Part shown: positions 12,115 through 24,651 of the stretch, one piece after another | Layout of the letters: every line of letters begins with the position of its first letter | Position numbering within the stretch: the stretch's first letter is position 1 | Source: Psilocybe cubensis | Taxonomy: Eukaryota | Length of the DNA: 64,000 nucleotides | Reading direction: 5' to 3' | NCBI GenBank assembly: GCA_017499595.2 | Contig: CM039001.1 | Location: 3,038,001-3,102,000 of the forward strand | Made by a program: the position numbers and the translations under genes | Notes under the pieces: generated by a model | Told to the model about the DNA's origin: nothing | Databases searched by the model: none | Seen by the model: only the letters and a program-made list of their open reading frames with translations

Positions 12115-14162
12115 TTACGGTCTCCAGATTTTGATCAGCTACAACGGAGAGAATCCGATTAAAACCGGGGCCCAACGCTATAGCGAATTTTGGAGGAAGA
12201 CGCACCTTATCTGTTCCGCCTGTAGCCACTACATTCACAATCCGGTCTGAATCGTCACTTCCTTCTGTTACAGGTGTTGGACCCCATGCTACACATTGCA
12301 CGAATGGATTATGTGCTTCGACTGAGGTAACCAAGATAAGATACACTGGATAGAGTGATATATACAGGAGGGACGTACTCTTCTTTAGACATCTTCCTGT
12401 TTTCAGATCCCATACACGCATAGTATGATCATCGGCGGCGGAAAGAAGGAATTTCCCGCATGGGTGGAAAGTAAGTGCTTGTACCCAACCGTCATGGCCC
12501 ACCTAACATTCATTCAATTGTAAGCGTTGGAGATGTCCGTATGAACAAGGATCAAGAAAAGAAACGCACAAAGGTCCACAAACATTGCCCTCGCAGTGCA
12601 TCCCAAAGTTTGATGGTCTTATCTCTCGACCCAGTTATCACGAACGAGATACCCAGAGAATCGACCTTTGCTGATTGGACAGTTGCCGGCTGAGCAGATA
12701 AAAAGGAAACAGACGTTTCAACATCAGCATCATATCACGAGGGTGAAGTGGCAACAGACGGCATTACCAGAGCAACCAGTTCTCGAACTGCGGGGATCGA
12801 GGCTTGAGGAATGAACACTGCGCATTCGATACGATTGTCGTGCCCTCGCATTTCTATTTTCATCGCTCCGCTTTCCATGTCGGTTATACGAGCGGTCTGG
12901 ATAAGGGATTATTTCAGCGTGACGACATGGGTGTTCGAAAAAAAGGGGGGGCATACATGATCGTCTGAGCATGTCAACATCAACCGTCCATCTGCACTAG
13001 GCAACGCCGACCGGATCCATTCTGTATGTGGCTTCAACACTTTTATACAATGACTGCATTGTACAGGTCAGAGTGTATCCGTTTAAGATCCGAAAAATCA
13101 ATCGTCGCACCTCGTTTGGACGTCCCATACGCGAACGGTGTTATCGCGACTGGCTGATATCAGTTGAGCGTCCCCTGGCATGAAGTTGACGCTTGAGATG
13201 GAATGTTCGTGTCCGCGCAACGTCGCATAATTCTTATAATCGTCTGGGACATTCCACAGCTTGATGAACAAATCATCCGAACAAGTAGCTTGAAAAAAAA
13301 AAGTCGTTAAATTTAGATGATATAGGCATGGACGATAGCAACGCACCCAACACCTTGCCCGTTGAATCGTACTGGCAGTCCGAGACAGCCTTCGTATGGC
13401 TCTTGAGCGTGCGCTCGCACTCGCCCGTGTCCCAGTCCCAAATCTTCACAGTAGCATCCACCGACGCGGAGGCGAGCACAGAGTACAGCGGGTGAAAGCT
13501 GATCGAGTTAATCTTGTCGCGATGGCCGACGAGGGTGTTCTTGGGCGTCGAGGACGGAATCCACTCCTTGTTCACGCGTTTCGCGCTGTCGGACGCGGCT
13601 GGGCCTGCGTTCGCGAGCTCCTCGTGCGCTTGTGCCAGGCGGGCCTCGAGATCCATCACCTTGCAACACCAACCAACCCCGATTGTAAGTGAGCAGAGGA
13701 AGGGGAGAGATGGGGATACGTGTGCTTGGTTACCTTGCGCTGCATCCGGATTATGCTCGTCCATTTCTTCACTAGTAGGCCGCTGGCTGGCGATGTAGGA
13801 TCCGGCACAAAATCTGCCTTTTTCGCATCACCGAAAAACGTAAAAAAACAACGTCAGCAAGTGGACGTGAAGCATGCAAAAATTCGCGTTTCCAAGTAGA
13901 AACAACGAAGAGAACGAGCGAAAGTGAAGCGAGCTGCTTCCAAAGGCAAAACCCAATTAAACGGAAAAAAGAAAACATACCAGCTCAGGCACTTCCGAAC
14001 GGAACTCGTTGAACGTCTTTGTGAATCCGGCGTTGTAAAGGTAATCAAGCATCGATTTGTGCCTGCAAGGTTTACAAAATCGACGTTAGACCATATCGTA
14101 TCAGGAGGGTTTCTCGGACACGCGTACAGATCCAGTTGTTGCCGGCTCGATAGCTGCGCCAT
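12115..14162 (-). CDS. PAC1: LIS1/NudF/PAC1 dynein regulator homolog (LisH + coiled coil + WD40), multi-exon
   Basis: Spliced exons give [25 protein letters not shown] (LisH)..[108 protein letters not shown]. Confidence 0.9.
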
Positions 14163-15644
14163 GGTAGATAAATTCCAAAACGCTGTGATTTTTGTAGAGA
14201 CATCATCCCCCTTGCCCCAATACGCCCTTGATTAAACTGAACCGATGACTAAGCATATTGATGCCAATCAGAGATAAACACCGATTGGTGACCAATATTT
14301 TCGCACGGAATAGGGTCCTCTTCAGACTAAGGCTTGTATTAGTATAACAAACCTTTAGGACTATTTTCTTGTTTTCGGTACGACAAAAAATCATGGTTTC
14401 ACTGCCCAACTTACAATTGTATTGTTTAGAACAAAGCGATTCGCAACACATGAGCCCGGGGGGCCTGAATACAAACTCACTCCATCTCCACTTGCAATAG
14501 CCATACTACAACCTCACCAGTCTTGAGTCCGAATCCAATCAACCAACATCCTCCATATCCAACTTTCCTTGCTCAAAAAAAAAAACCCGGCCCACTCTGA
14601 ACTCAATTTAAAAGTAAGTACATAATCCCGCCGCTCATCTCCTAGCTTAAAGAGACTAAAACTTGGCGCTTAAATTTAAATTTAAACTTTGACGGACCCG
14701 CACACTTCATATCTCAAACTAACCAGTGGCACCGGCATTGGCAGTGCGGCTCCGAAGCTCGAGCTTCGAGCTGGACTTCGAGCTTCAGGGGTACGCCACA
14801 ACACGACGCGTCGCGTCGCGTGACATCATCATCATCACCACCACCTTCTCCACCACCACCACCTCCTCCTCCTCCTCTTCCTCTTCTTCGCTCGAAGCCT
14901 CGAAACCCCGAAGCCTCGAATAAATAAGATAGAACTTAGAAGAGTGTGTATAACTTACAATTTAAAGTAAGAGAAGTATCATATGCATCGCATTCGTATT
15001 CGTATTCGTATTCGTACTCTAAATATACCTGTAATCTGTATCTGTATCTGTATCTGTAATCGTAACCATAATTGCAATTCCTTCAAAGTTGAAAATCGAA
15101 AGCGGAAAGTTGAGGGTGGAAAATACAAGTTAAAACCGTCCATAAGAAGTCTGACAAACAGAAAAAGTTCTAAGTAAAAATGCAAAAAATGCAAAAAGTG
15201 AAGAAAATGTAAGAAAAAGAAACAGAAAAAGAAACAGAAACAGAAAAGCAAGCAAGCAAGCGCCTATCACATATCGCCTATCATATCACGTATCGCAGAT
15301 ATATCACATACACACCAACACCCACAAACCCTCTCACCCTCTCACCAAACCCACCTTCTCACCCTCTCACCCACCCTCTCAACCCTCTCACCAAACCCTC
15401 TCACCACACACACAAAAAAGAATCGAAAAAAAAGAAATCATTAAAAACCACAAAGAAAAAAACATTATCATGCCAATGTACACTACACCCCTCCCATTGC
15501 CCTCCTCCTCCTTTCCTTTCCAATCCCATTCCCTTCCCACTCCCTCTTCCTTCCTCCCCACTCCTCCTCCTTACCCATGTCCCCATCCTACCCCTCCTTT
15601 TCCACATCCCCCCCCCACTAAACCTAAACATCCCTCCCCTAAAC

Positions 15645-18266
15645 CTAAACATCCCCCCCATACACACTCCCCGCCACACTCCCAGCAACACTCCCATGCG
15701 CACGCACAGTCGGCTCCTCATCCGTACTCGTGCTCGTGTCCGTCTCTGTCTCTGTCTCCGTCTCTGTGACATCTGTCCCTGCATCCGTGCTTGTTTCTGT
15801 TTCGTTTTCGAGGTCGTTTTCGAGGTCGTTTTCAATGTCGTCGTCCTCCACTTCCGCTTCTACTTCATGCTCGTTTTCATTTTCGTTTTCGTTTTCATGC
15901 TCGTTTTCTTGTTCTTGCTCGTATGAGTTTTCTTGTGAATGTGAATGCGACCGCCCAGGCGAAAACATCACACTATCCTCGTCCTGATGGGGCGTATAGC
16001 GATGATACGTCCCAGGCCCCGCGTACATTCTCTGCTGCTGCTGACTCTGCCCATGCCCATGCACCTGCGCATGCGCACCAAACACCGGTGTCCCCTGTCC
16101 CTGTCCCTGCCCCTGTCCCTGCCCTCCTTGTTGTCCCTGTCCCTGCCCACCCCCATACCCACCCTGACGACCCTCATACCCCTCATACCCTCCATAACTA
16201 GAATACCCTCCATACCCCCCATACCCAACATGCACATGCCCCCTCGAATGCGGCGGATGCGTATGCGGCACACCGCGCGGGTGACCCATCGCATTCATAC
16301 CCGGATTCGGAGGTGGGGGTAAACCTCCAAGAGCGTCGATTGGGCGCGCGGGGGTTTGTGTGTGTGGGTGCGAGTGTGGGTGCGAGTTTGAGTGTGGGTT
16401 TGAAGTGGATGTTGAACCTGAACCTGATGCAGAAGAAGAGGAATGGGACGAAGAGGAAGAGGATGCAGATGTATGGGAGGAATGCGAATGCGAATGGGAT
16501 GAATGAGATGCAGAGGAATGCGACTGCGAATGCGATCCAGTATGGGAGGCGGAAGACGAGGCAGAGGGAGAGGTAACGACCACATATGGCTGATGCGGCG
16601 TCGGTGCGTCATTCACAAGTACAACCGTCTGACTCGACTCTCCAGAGCCGGAGCCGGAGCCGGAGGAGGACGCAGCGGACGGCGATGTAACGTCGTTCGT
16701 GTTCGCATTCGCATGTCCATGACCATGTCCATGCCCAGATCCATGCCCATGTCCATTAACACCACCCAACCCCACCGCCCCCGCCCCTCTCACCTCCGCC
16801 GCCCCCGCCCTCACCTCCGCCCCCGACAACGAAGAAGAAGAAGACGACGAGGCAGACTTGGAAAACAACATCAGCTGCTCCGCATACTGCTGCATCTCCG
16901 CGCCCGAAATGACCAGTCTAAAATCATTAAGAAGCAAAAACTGTAGCTCGAGCTGGTTGAGTTCTGGGAGGGGGAGGCCGCCGACCTGTGTGTGTGTGTG
17001 ATAGATAGATAGATAGGGTGGAGTGGAATGTGGAATGTGGGATGTGGGATGTGGGATGTGGGATGTGGAATTTGGGTGTTAGTTATGGTGTATACAGATG
17101 GAAATGAGAAATGAGAAATGAGAAATGAGAAATGAGAAATGAGAAATGAGAAATGAGAAATGAGAAATGAGAAACGAGAAACAAGAAACGAGAAATAGGG
17201 AATAAGAAATAAGAAATAAAAAATAAGAGATAAGATTGAAGACGGAATGGAATGGAATGGAAATAAGACGGCGGGTGAGGGAATGAAATAGCCGGTGATG
17301 ATTAAAGGGGTGAAAGAGACGAGACGAGACGAGGCGAGACAATTGGTTTCGCGGGGTAACCGAAGGGAGATAAGATAAGTTTTGCGCAGTGCGAAACAGC
17401 CACTGCCCCAAAAACAACGCAAGGCAACGCAAGGTAAACCCGCAGTGGCATACCGTAGAAAAAAAGAACGCAAAGAGAAAAAAAATAGATGATAAGGAAG
17501 AAGAGAAAAAACGAACCTTTGCATATCTCGAATTGGTATAAAACACATCACTAAAAAACTTGCTCGCGACAGTGACACCAGCAATAACCAGCCGATGGAT
17601 ATTATACGAGTCAATCACAAACGCCTTGCCCACCGCATCATCGCCCAACTTGGACATACGATCAAAGTACACCAACAAGGAGAGGAAGACGTGGTTCGTC
17701 GTCGGGCAGTATTTGAGGATGCGGAGGAGGTAGGCTTCGAGGGAGATGGTGGGGATGTTGCGCGCGTGGAAGGTGAGTGTGGATGCGGGAGTTGATATGG
17801 CGTTCTTCGAGGCTGTGGTGAGGGTGTGCCAGATTGGAGGCGCGGAGGAGGGGTCTAGGGGTGGCATTGGCCCGTGGGTGGCAGAGGAGGAGGAGGAGGG
17901 CTCGAGGCGGTCGTTGGTGGTGGCGATGTGGGTGAGGAGGAGAGCGAGGAGTTTTAAGAGGTCTGCGGGCGGGTAGGAGTGGATGTCGAAGGGTGCTGCG
18001 TCGGTGTCGGCGTCGGTGTCATTGGGGGGCGCAGGCGGCGGCGGGGTGGGAGTCGGTGCGCGCGGCGGGTGGTGGTGGTGATGCGTGTGTGAGTGGGAGT
18101 GTGCGGGCGCAGAGACTGCCGGGGGCGCAGTCTGGTGGCGCTGCAGGGACGGAGGTGGATTGGGAGCCAGATTGGAGGGGGCAGATCGAGAAGAAGCGGA
18201 AATGTTGGATCTGGCGCGATGGGCGACATCAGGCGAAGGTGAATATGGCTGCACTACCGCCAACAT
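15645..18266 (-). CDS. Pho85-associated (PHO80/PCL6-7 type) cyclin with long low-complexity C-terminal tail, 2 coding exons
   Basis: TLTFHARNIPTISLEAYLLRILKYCP..HRLVIAGVTVASKFFSDVFYTNSRYAK, then a 531-nt intron (17516-16986), then VGGLPLPELNQLELQFLLLNDFRL. The tail carries S/H/G/Q/E repeats. Confidence 0.9.
17101..17170. repeat. (GAAATGA)10 heptanucleotide microsatellite in the cyclin intron
   Basis: Ten perfect copies read directly. An adjacent (GTGGGAT)n/(GTGGAAT)n tract lies at about 17022-17070. Confidence 0.95.
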
Positions 18267-19497
18267 CCAGGTCTATATCATAAGACAACCACAAAAAACA
18301 AATTAATAACAAGAGATTATGGAACAGAAACAGGAGTTTTGCTTTTGCCTTTTGCTTTTGCTTTCTACGCTACACTGTCACACCCAAACAACATATCCAC
18401 TCTCACGTGCTTATTGCGCTTTCTGCACGTGCGCTTTCTCCTCTCCCTCCATGCACACGTTCGAAACTCACTCACTCCAGCGCGGGGTATCATTAGCCAC
18501 GTTGTGTATGTGTCCGCTATGCTCACAGGCTCTGCCCGAGGCCTATCAATTCGCTTCCTATCCGCCTGCCAATCTGACCCCGACCCGACTCCATCTCATG
18601 CCCATGCCTTGTCTCCGAAATAGCTCCTTCGGCCCCATATTTCGTCAACAGACTCCATATCCATAGCCATAGCCAACTCCGAGGGCAACCCCACATTACA
18701 GCGACCGACGAAACCGCTACTTGTAACTTGTTGACAAAGACTCTTCACAACTTCCGAGTCGATTACACACGGTTCTTCCTGCTTCTGTGATTCTTGATTC
18801 TTGATTCTCCGGCCCGTAACTTATCGTGTACATACTCGGCTGTTGGCGAGGATTGACAATGACAAGCGGAATCTCGCCCGACGCCTTAGCTGCTCTGATC
18901 CAGCGAGCACTCGCACATATACATGTCCCTGATATCAACTTACTCGACGTCGCAAACGCACACGCACACACACAAGGTACGCTCGCTACCCATACCCATT
19001 CTAAATCTAAATTTAAATCTAAACCCAAACTCACATCTAATCTAATCTAGACATGTTCTCGTACAAAAAATAAAATACCACATTCACATCCCATCGTTTT
19101 TACAACTTATCTCAACACTCGAATCAAATTCTTCCGATTACTTCACACAGTGCATGTATATAAACATATCCCGGGTCCTCGATTCCGGCGGCTCGACGAG
19201 TGCGAAAATGGCAGAGACAAGATGGACCGGTCCCCGAGCTCGAGACTGAGGCCTCGGGGCGGATGTGTACCATCCTACATCCTACATCCTATAACCATTA
19301 CATCATATCACAGGCTATTTTCTCTCATGACGTGCTTCATCAGTGCAATGCCAACCTCCTCCGAACGGAGTACCTCGTTCAACGTTCGTGATCAATACCA
19401 GTGACTACTACCTACAACGTTCTCGCACTCCGTACGCCCACATGTACATGTACTTATACTTATACTTATAGGCCACAGCCAAACAAATCAATGCTCA

Positions 19498-22400
19498 TCA
19501 CGCGCGATTCGACTTTGACGCGCCTTCGCCGCTTTCCGCGCTCGTGCTCGTGCTCGCCATCTCCATCTCCACATCCACCATCTCTACCTCCATCTCCACC
19601 TCTTTCTCCTCTTTCCCATCCTCTCGCTCCTCCTCCTCCACCTCTTTCTCCTCTTTGTCCTCCTCCTCCTCCTCCTCCTTCCCATCCTCTCCCTCCTCCT
19701 TTCCATTTAACTCTCCATCCAACTCTTCATCTAACCCCTCCTCCTCTCCATCCTCCCCCTCCCCCTCCCCCTCCCTCCAACTCATACACCCCCTCCTCCC
19801 CCCCTCGCCCTCATCATCCGAGTCCGAGTCCGAAACACCCTCATCCCCATGCAGCGCCTGCACGCGCGCATCGAGGATGTGGATAGGGCGGCGCGTGTCT
19901 TTGTGTGCTTCGTCGGGGTCGAGGTCCATGGCCTCGGAGGAACCTGCATCCGAGTTGAAGATGGAGTTGGAGCGGGAGTTGGAGTTGGACCTGTTGATGG
20001 AGTTGGACCGGGAGTTGGACCGGGAGTTGGAGTTGAAGATAAGGGGCGAAAGCGAGGAAGCGGAAGACGCGAAGAGATCGTCCATCTCCTCGTCGAGCTC
20101 GGGGAGGGGCGGGATGTCTGTTGTATGTAATAGTATAGTACCGTTGTTTGTCAGTTAGTATGGCTTTTATAGGAAGCAGAAAAACAATGAAAATAAAAGG
20201 AATGAAAAGAAAATTGAAAAAAGTGAAAAATGAATGCAAGACCCCAACCTCCAACCCAACCTCCAAACACTCATACATAGCACTTCAACGTTCGGCACTT
20301 CGATACTCAAGTACTCAACCCGTACTCCAACAATCAACTCAAAACCCAAAACCACACCCACTCACCGAACATCTGCACACTCGGCCCCCCACCCCGCCCA
20401 ACCTCCCTCAAATACTCCAACACCACCCGCTTCGTCCGCGCGATCGAGTGCGGGGTGTTCATGTCTTGTGCTGTGGGGGATGGGAGGACGTCGAGGGTGT
20501 TTGAGGTGGGCGAGAAGGAGGAGGAGAAGTAGGGTGCGTATTCTGTTTGTGGGATTTCTGGTGCGAGGGTGTGAGGGTCGCGTTAGCTGGAGAAAGAGAG
20601 AGGGAAAGCGAGAGAGGAAAAAAGGAGAGAGAGAGAGGAAAGCAAAAGAAAGACAAAGGAGAACGAGAACGAGAACGAGAACGAGAACGAGAACGAGAAC
20701 GAGAACGAGAACGAGAACGAGAACGAGAACGAGAACGAGAACGAGAACGAGAACGAGAACGAGAACAAGAACGAGAAATAGAACGAGAACGAGAACGAGA
20801 ACGAGAAATAGAAATAGAAATAGAAATAGAAATAGAAATAGAACGAGAACAAGAGCGCGGACAAAAAAATCCAAAAATCCAAAACTCAGTACTCACCACC
20901 CGCCAACTCAACGCCAACCGCAACACCCGTCTCATAAGCCCACGCACGCGCAACGTTCCGCATCGTGTATCCACCGCCGCCTAGTATGAGAAGGGGCTTG
21001 TCGAATTTTTTGATGAAGCGGAGGCAGTTCGCGTGGCCTGCGAGTCCGAGTGCGAGCGCGAGCGCGTGTGCGAGGGCGAGGGCGAGGGCGAGGGCGAGGG
21101 CGTGTTGTTCAAGTTTTGAATCCGTTGTTAGTGTCGATTTGAATTCGTTCATAGTGTCGATTTGAATCCGTCATTAGTGTCGATTTCAAGAATCCGTTCA
21201 TTTGGTAGTTCGGTGGTTGGATAGATAGATGTATTTGATCAAACAACGTATTTTCACGACACGACGCGACGCGACGCGACATATACAGACAGGGGCCAAT
21301 TAATAAACATGGGGTAATGATCAGCAAAAGTGAGCTATAAATAGAAACAGAAATAGAAATAGAATCTACCGCCGCCGCGGTGGGGCAAGGGGCAATGGGA
21401 AATGGGCAAGGGGAAGGGGGAAAAGGGCAAGCGTAAAAAAGCGAATAAAGGGGAAATGGGAAAGCGTAAAAAAGCGAATGAAGGGGAAAGGGTAACTTAA
21501 CAACTACCCACCTCGCATAGACAGATTAAAGCACCCCAGCCGATCGCCCGCGAGCGAGTCGGCGCCGCATTGGAGGACGATGGCGCCTGGGTTGTATGTC
21601 TCCATTGCGCTTTGTACGATCTGCCGGTTAGGATGTCAGGGTGCGTTGGGTTGGATGGGTTTAGGATGGGTTGGTGTGGGGTAGGAGACGGTAGGCTTAC
21701 AGTTTCGAATATATCTTTATAGTTCTCATCTGATATGTTACTGTGCAGAGGCACGTTGATGGAGTAGTATCGTCCTTTCTTGACGCCTATGTCCTGTAGA
21801 ACGGTAAAGACATGAAGTAAGGAATAAAGGGAGTGAAATGAATGAGGTATCGTTAGCAATAGCCCAGAACATCACACAACAGTAAAAAAAAAATCAAAAA
21901 AGTCCACAGAAAGAAATCCACAGAAAAAAACCAATCACAGAAAACCCAAACACAGAAAAAGCAAGCAACACCTACGCGGATATGTCCCGTTCCCGGAAAA
22001 TACTCTCCATACTTATGGAAGCTGATCGTCATAACTCTGTCCGTGGCGTAGAACGCCTCTTCGACGCCGTCGCCGTGGTGCACGTCGATGTCGATGTACA
22101 GCACGCGCGTGTGGTGCCTGGTTGCGGATGCAAATATTTATGTTTATGGAGTTCCGTGGGTTAGTGAGTTCGGGGAAGTGGTAGGGGTAGTGGAAGATGT
22201 CAGTACGAAATTCAAGTTAAAGTAGGGTGTAGGGTGTGGGTATTATTTTTTTAAGGAGAGGACAATTAGAACTGCGAACTGCCTGCCTTTAATAAAGCGG
22301 TGGAGAGGTATTTTACTCACCGTAACAACTCGAGTATCGCCAGTACAATATCTATAATCATTCAAAAAAATGCAAATGGATTAACTTCACATGTATATGT

Positions 22401-23508
22401 GAAGGAGTGGCTGACTGACTGACCGTTTACATAGCAAAACCCACTCGCCTCGCTTTTCTTAGCGTGGTGGAGGCCTCCCGCCCAATTGATCGCAATATCG
22501 CATTTACCCCGCGAGAGCCGCGCAGCGCCCTCTATAAGTAAATTTAAATAAGTAACCATGTTATTGTGTTTATTGTGTTAGAAGAAAGAAAAAGTAGCAA
22601 AAAAGAAAAAGTAGGAAAAAAGAGAAAGTAGGAAAGAAAGGAATGAAGGATATATAGATTGATTGTATTAGAGTTGGCTGAGAAAAAAAACTGTAAACGC
22701 ACCTAGAGATCCGCCAGCTGAGATGGAGCAGTACTGGAAGAGCCCGTCGAAGACGGGACAGTCTTGGACGAGGTTTCCGACGTTGTCTGTGTGTCGGAAA
22801 AAGGAGGGCAGGACAGGGCAGAGAAGTGTCAGTTATGCGTCTAGGAAAAAAAGAAAGAAAGAAGGAAGGAAGGAAGGAAGGATTACATTTATACTGCTCC
22901 TGTTTATTAGACCGCAGACTATTCGGGCTGACGCGCGCTAAGAAATCGATATATTCCGCCGAGTGAAATTGGGTCATTTCACGCTTTGACGCCGGCTTAG
23001 CTCTCTGAGATATAACGAAATAAAAGGCAATAAAAGGTCAGAAAGTCTGAATTCTAGGAAGGATTGTGAAGATATAAGAAAACAAAAATCTCACGAAGAT
23101 CTCCATCTTTTTGTATAACCCGTAGCTCATCACGAGGGAGTGGCACATCCGGATACGAGTGGGCTTCATACTGCATCATCATTAAGTCAGTCAAAATCAG
23201 AATCGAGTGGCTCTGGGGTAGTACTAATAGTAATGCCACAATATGATGTGGCAGATACTATACTAGTAAATGAAATTTTGAACGGAGAAGAAATATTTAC
23301 CAATGTCCTTCGCCATAATGGAAGCCGCCGATGTCTGAATCGTAAAAGTAGGACTAGAGAGGAGAGAGAGAAATCATATCAGCCATCCCACCATGACAAT
23401 CACTAAAGAGCCTAAACATCAGATATTGCAACTAGGGAGTGGACCTACAACTCGTTTCTTCCGTCCGCCTTCTTCATCAATAGGAACGAATTTTTCAGGC
23501 GGTATCAT
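19498..23508 (-). CDS. Class I histone deacetylase, RPD3/Clr6-like (diverged), multi-exon, with acidic low-complexity C-terminus
   Basis: [176 protein letters not shown]. All zinc and catalytic motifs are present. Confidence 0.92.
20659..20850. repeat. Compound microsatellite, (GAGAAC)18 followed by GAGAAC/GAAATA variants, in an HDAC intron
   Basis: Eighteen perfect GAGAAC units at 20659-20766, then mixed GAGAAC and (GAAATA)n. Confidence 0.95.
21115..21200. repeat. 23-nt minisatellite, about 3.5 copies (TTTGAATCCGTnnnTAGTGTCGA-like), in an HDAC intron
   Basis: Units at 21115-21137, 21138-21160 and 21161-21183, plus a partial fourth. Confidence 0.85.
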
Positions 23509-24651
23509 TGCAATTCACTTTCCAAGGTAAAGTCCAAAAATTCAGGATCGAGATTTAGTAGTGTGTAGTAGTGTGTATCCAATATTCGAATATCGAGGTG
23601 AAAGGTTCGGGAAAGAGAAGCTTTCAGGATCACGACCAAATTATATGGAATTGGATGGATGGGTGCCACGACTCGGACTCACGCCCATCACATCACATTC
23701 CATGGTCATGGCTCCATGCGGCTGCTTTATTACTTGAAAGCCCGATGTATTCTCGACGACATGTCAGAAAATGGCTCATGCTGCGGCCTGCCTGCCCAAA
23801 GTTGAGGTCTATTTGGGGCGCACGCCATTTGTCACTACAGTTTGCAAATAATAGTTTTGATCCACGGCATAATACTAGCTTACTGTATATTTTTTGTAGA
23901 TGGAAATTTTTTGGTTATGGATGGGTGTTAGATAGCATGGATAATTGCGTTGCAGACTTGCCGTAGTGTTTGCCCAAGACTCGAAAATCAGCCTGAGCAC
24001 GAGTTTGGCCGGAGAGCTATCACTCACTACGCCGGCATACCTCGGGAACTCAAGCTTTGTGTATATGGGCCGGGCTTTGAAAGGACTTGTATATCTTTTT
24101 GCGGATATAATTTGTCGCAGCCTTTGTTTTGGGATCCCAGGATGTAGGACAATGAGGCTCTTTATCAGTTGATCTAATAATAGATCAACACTGCCGGTCC
24201 TCCCAGAATCCTCAGCCGAGAGTTCAAAGAAAACGTCAAATGCAACACGCCCCTGCATCGCCTGACTGGATTGTTATGGATTATGACCCACGAGCAGTTC
24301 TGTGTGTCTCCCATTCCGTGACGGATGAATATCCTAGAGACAGATATTTATAACACCTTGAGCGCTTGATAATGATGAGTCAATATACCGGCCGATCGGT
24401 TGACTGCCAAAGAAAGTGACATTTTCGAGCAAAGCTAACAAGCAATATACCAGAGTAGAAATAAATTCAAAAGTTTGCATACAAATAAATGGATGGGGGG
24501 TTGTTAAGAAAGCTGGCTAAAATATCTAAAACGCTCTACGTACAAGAAAGCAATACGAAAGCAAGCATTAGTTTTTCGACTATCCTAATTTGATCTGAAC
24601 CTTTCTTATGAGATGTGGTGTTTTCAACATCACAAAAAGTACGGGTGCGCA

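Noticed and set aside
15401-16946. Many alternative-frame and antisense ORFs over the cyclin tail
   Set aside because: Shadow ORFs from stop-poor repetitive GC-rich sequence; only the 15645-16985 minus frame joins the cyclin domain.
20234-20989. Several overlapping ORFs with RT, RE, LV, SR or SF dipeptide runs
   Set aside because: They are translations of the (GAGAAC)n/(GAAATA)n microsatellite inside an HDAC intron.
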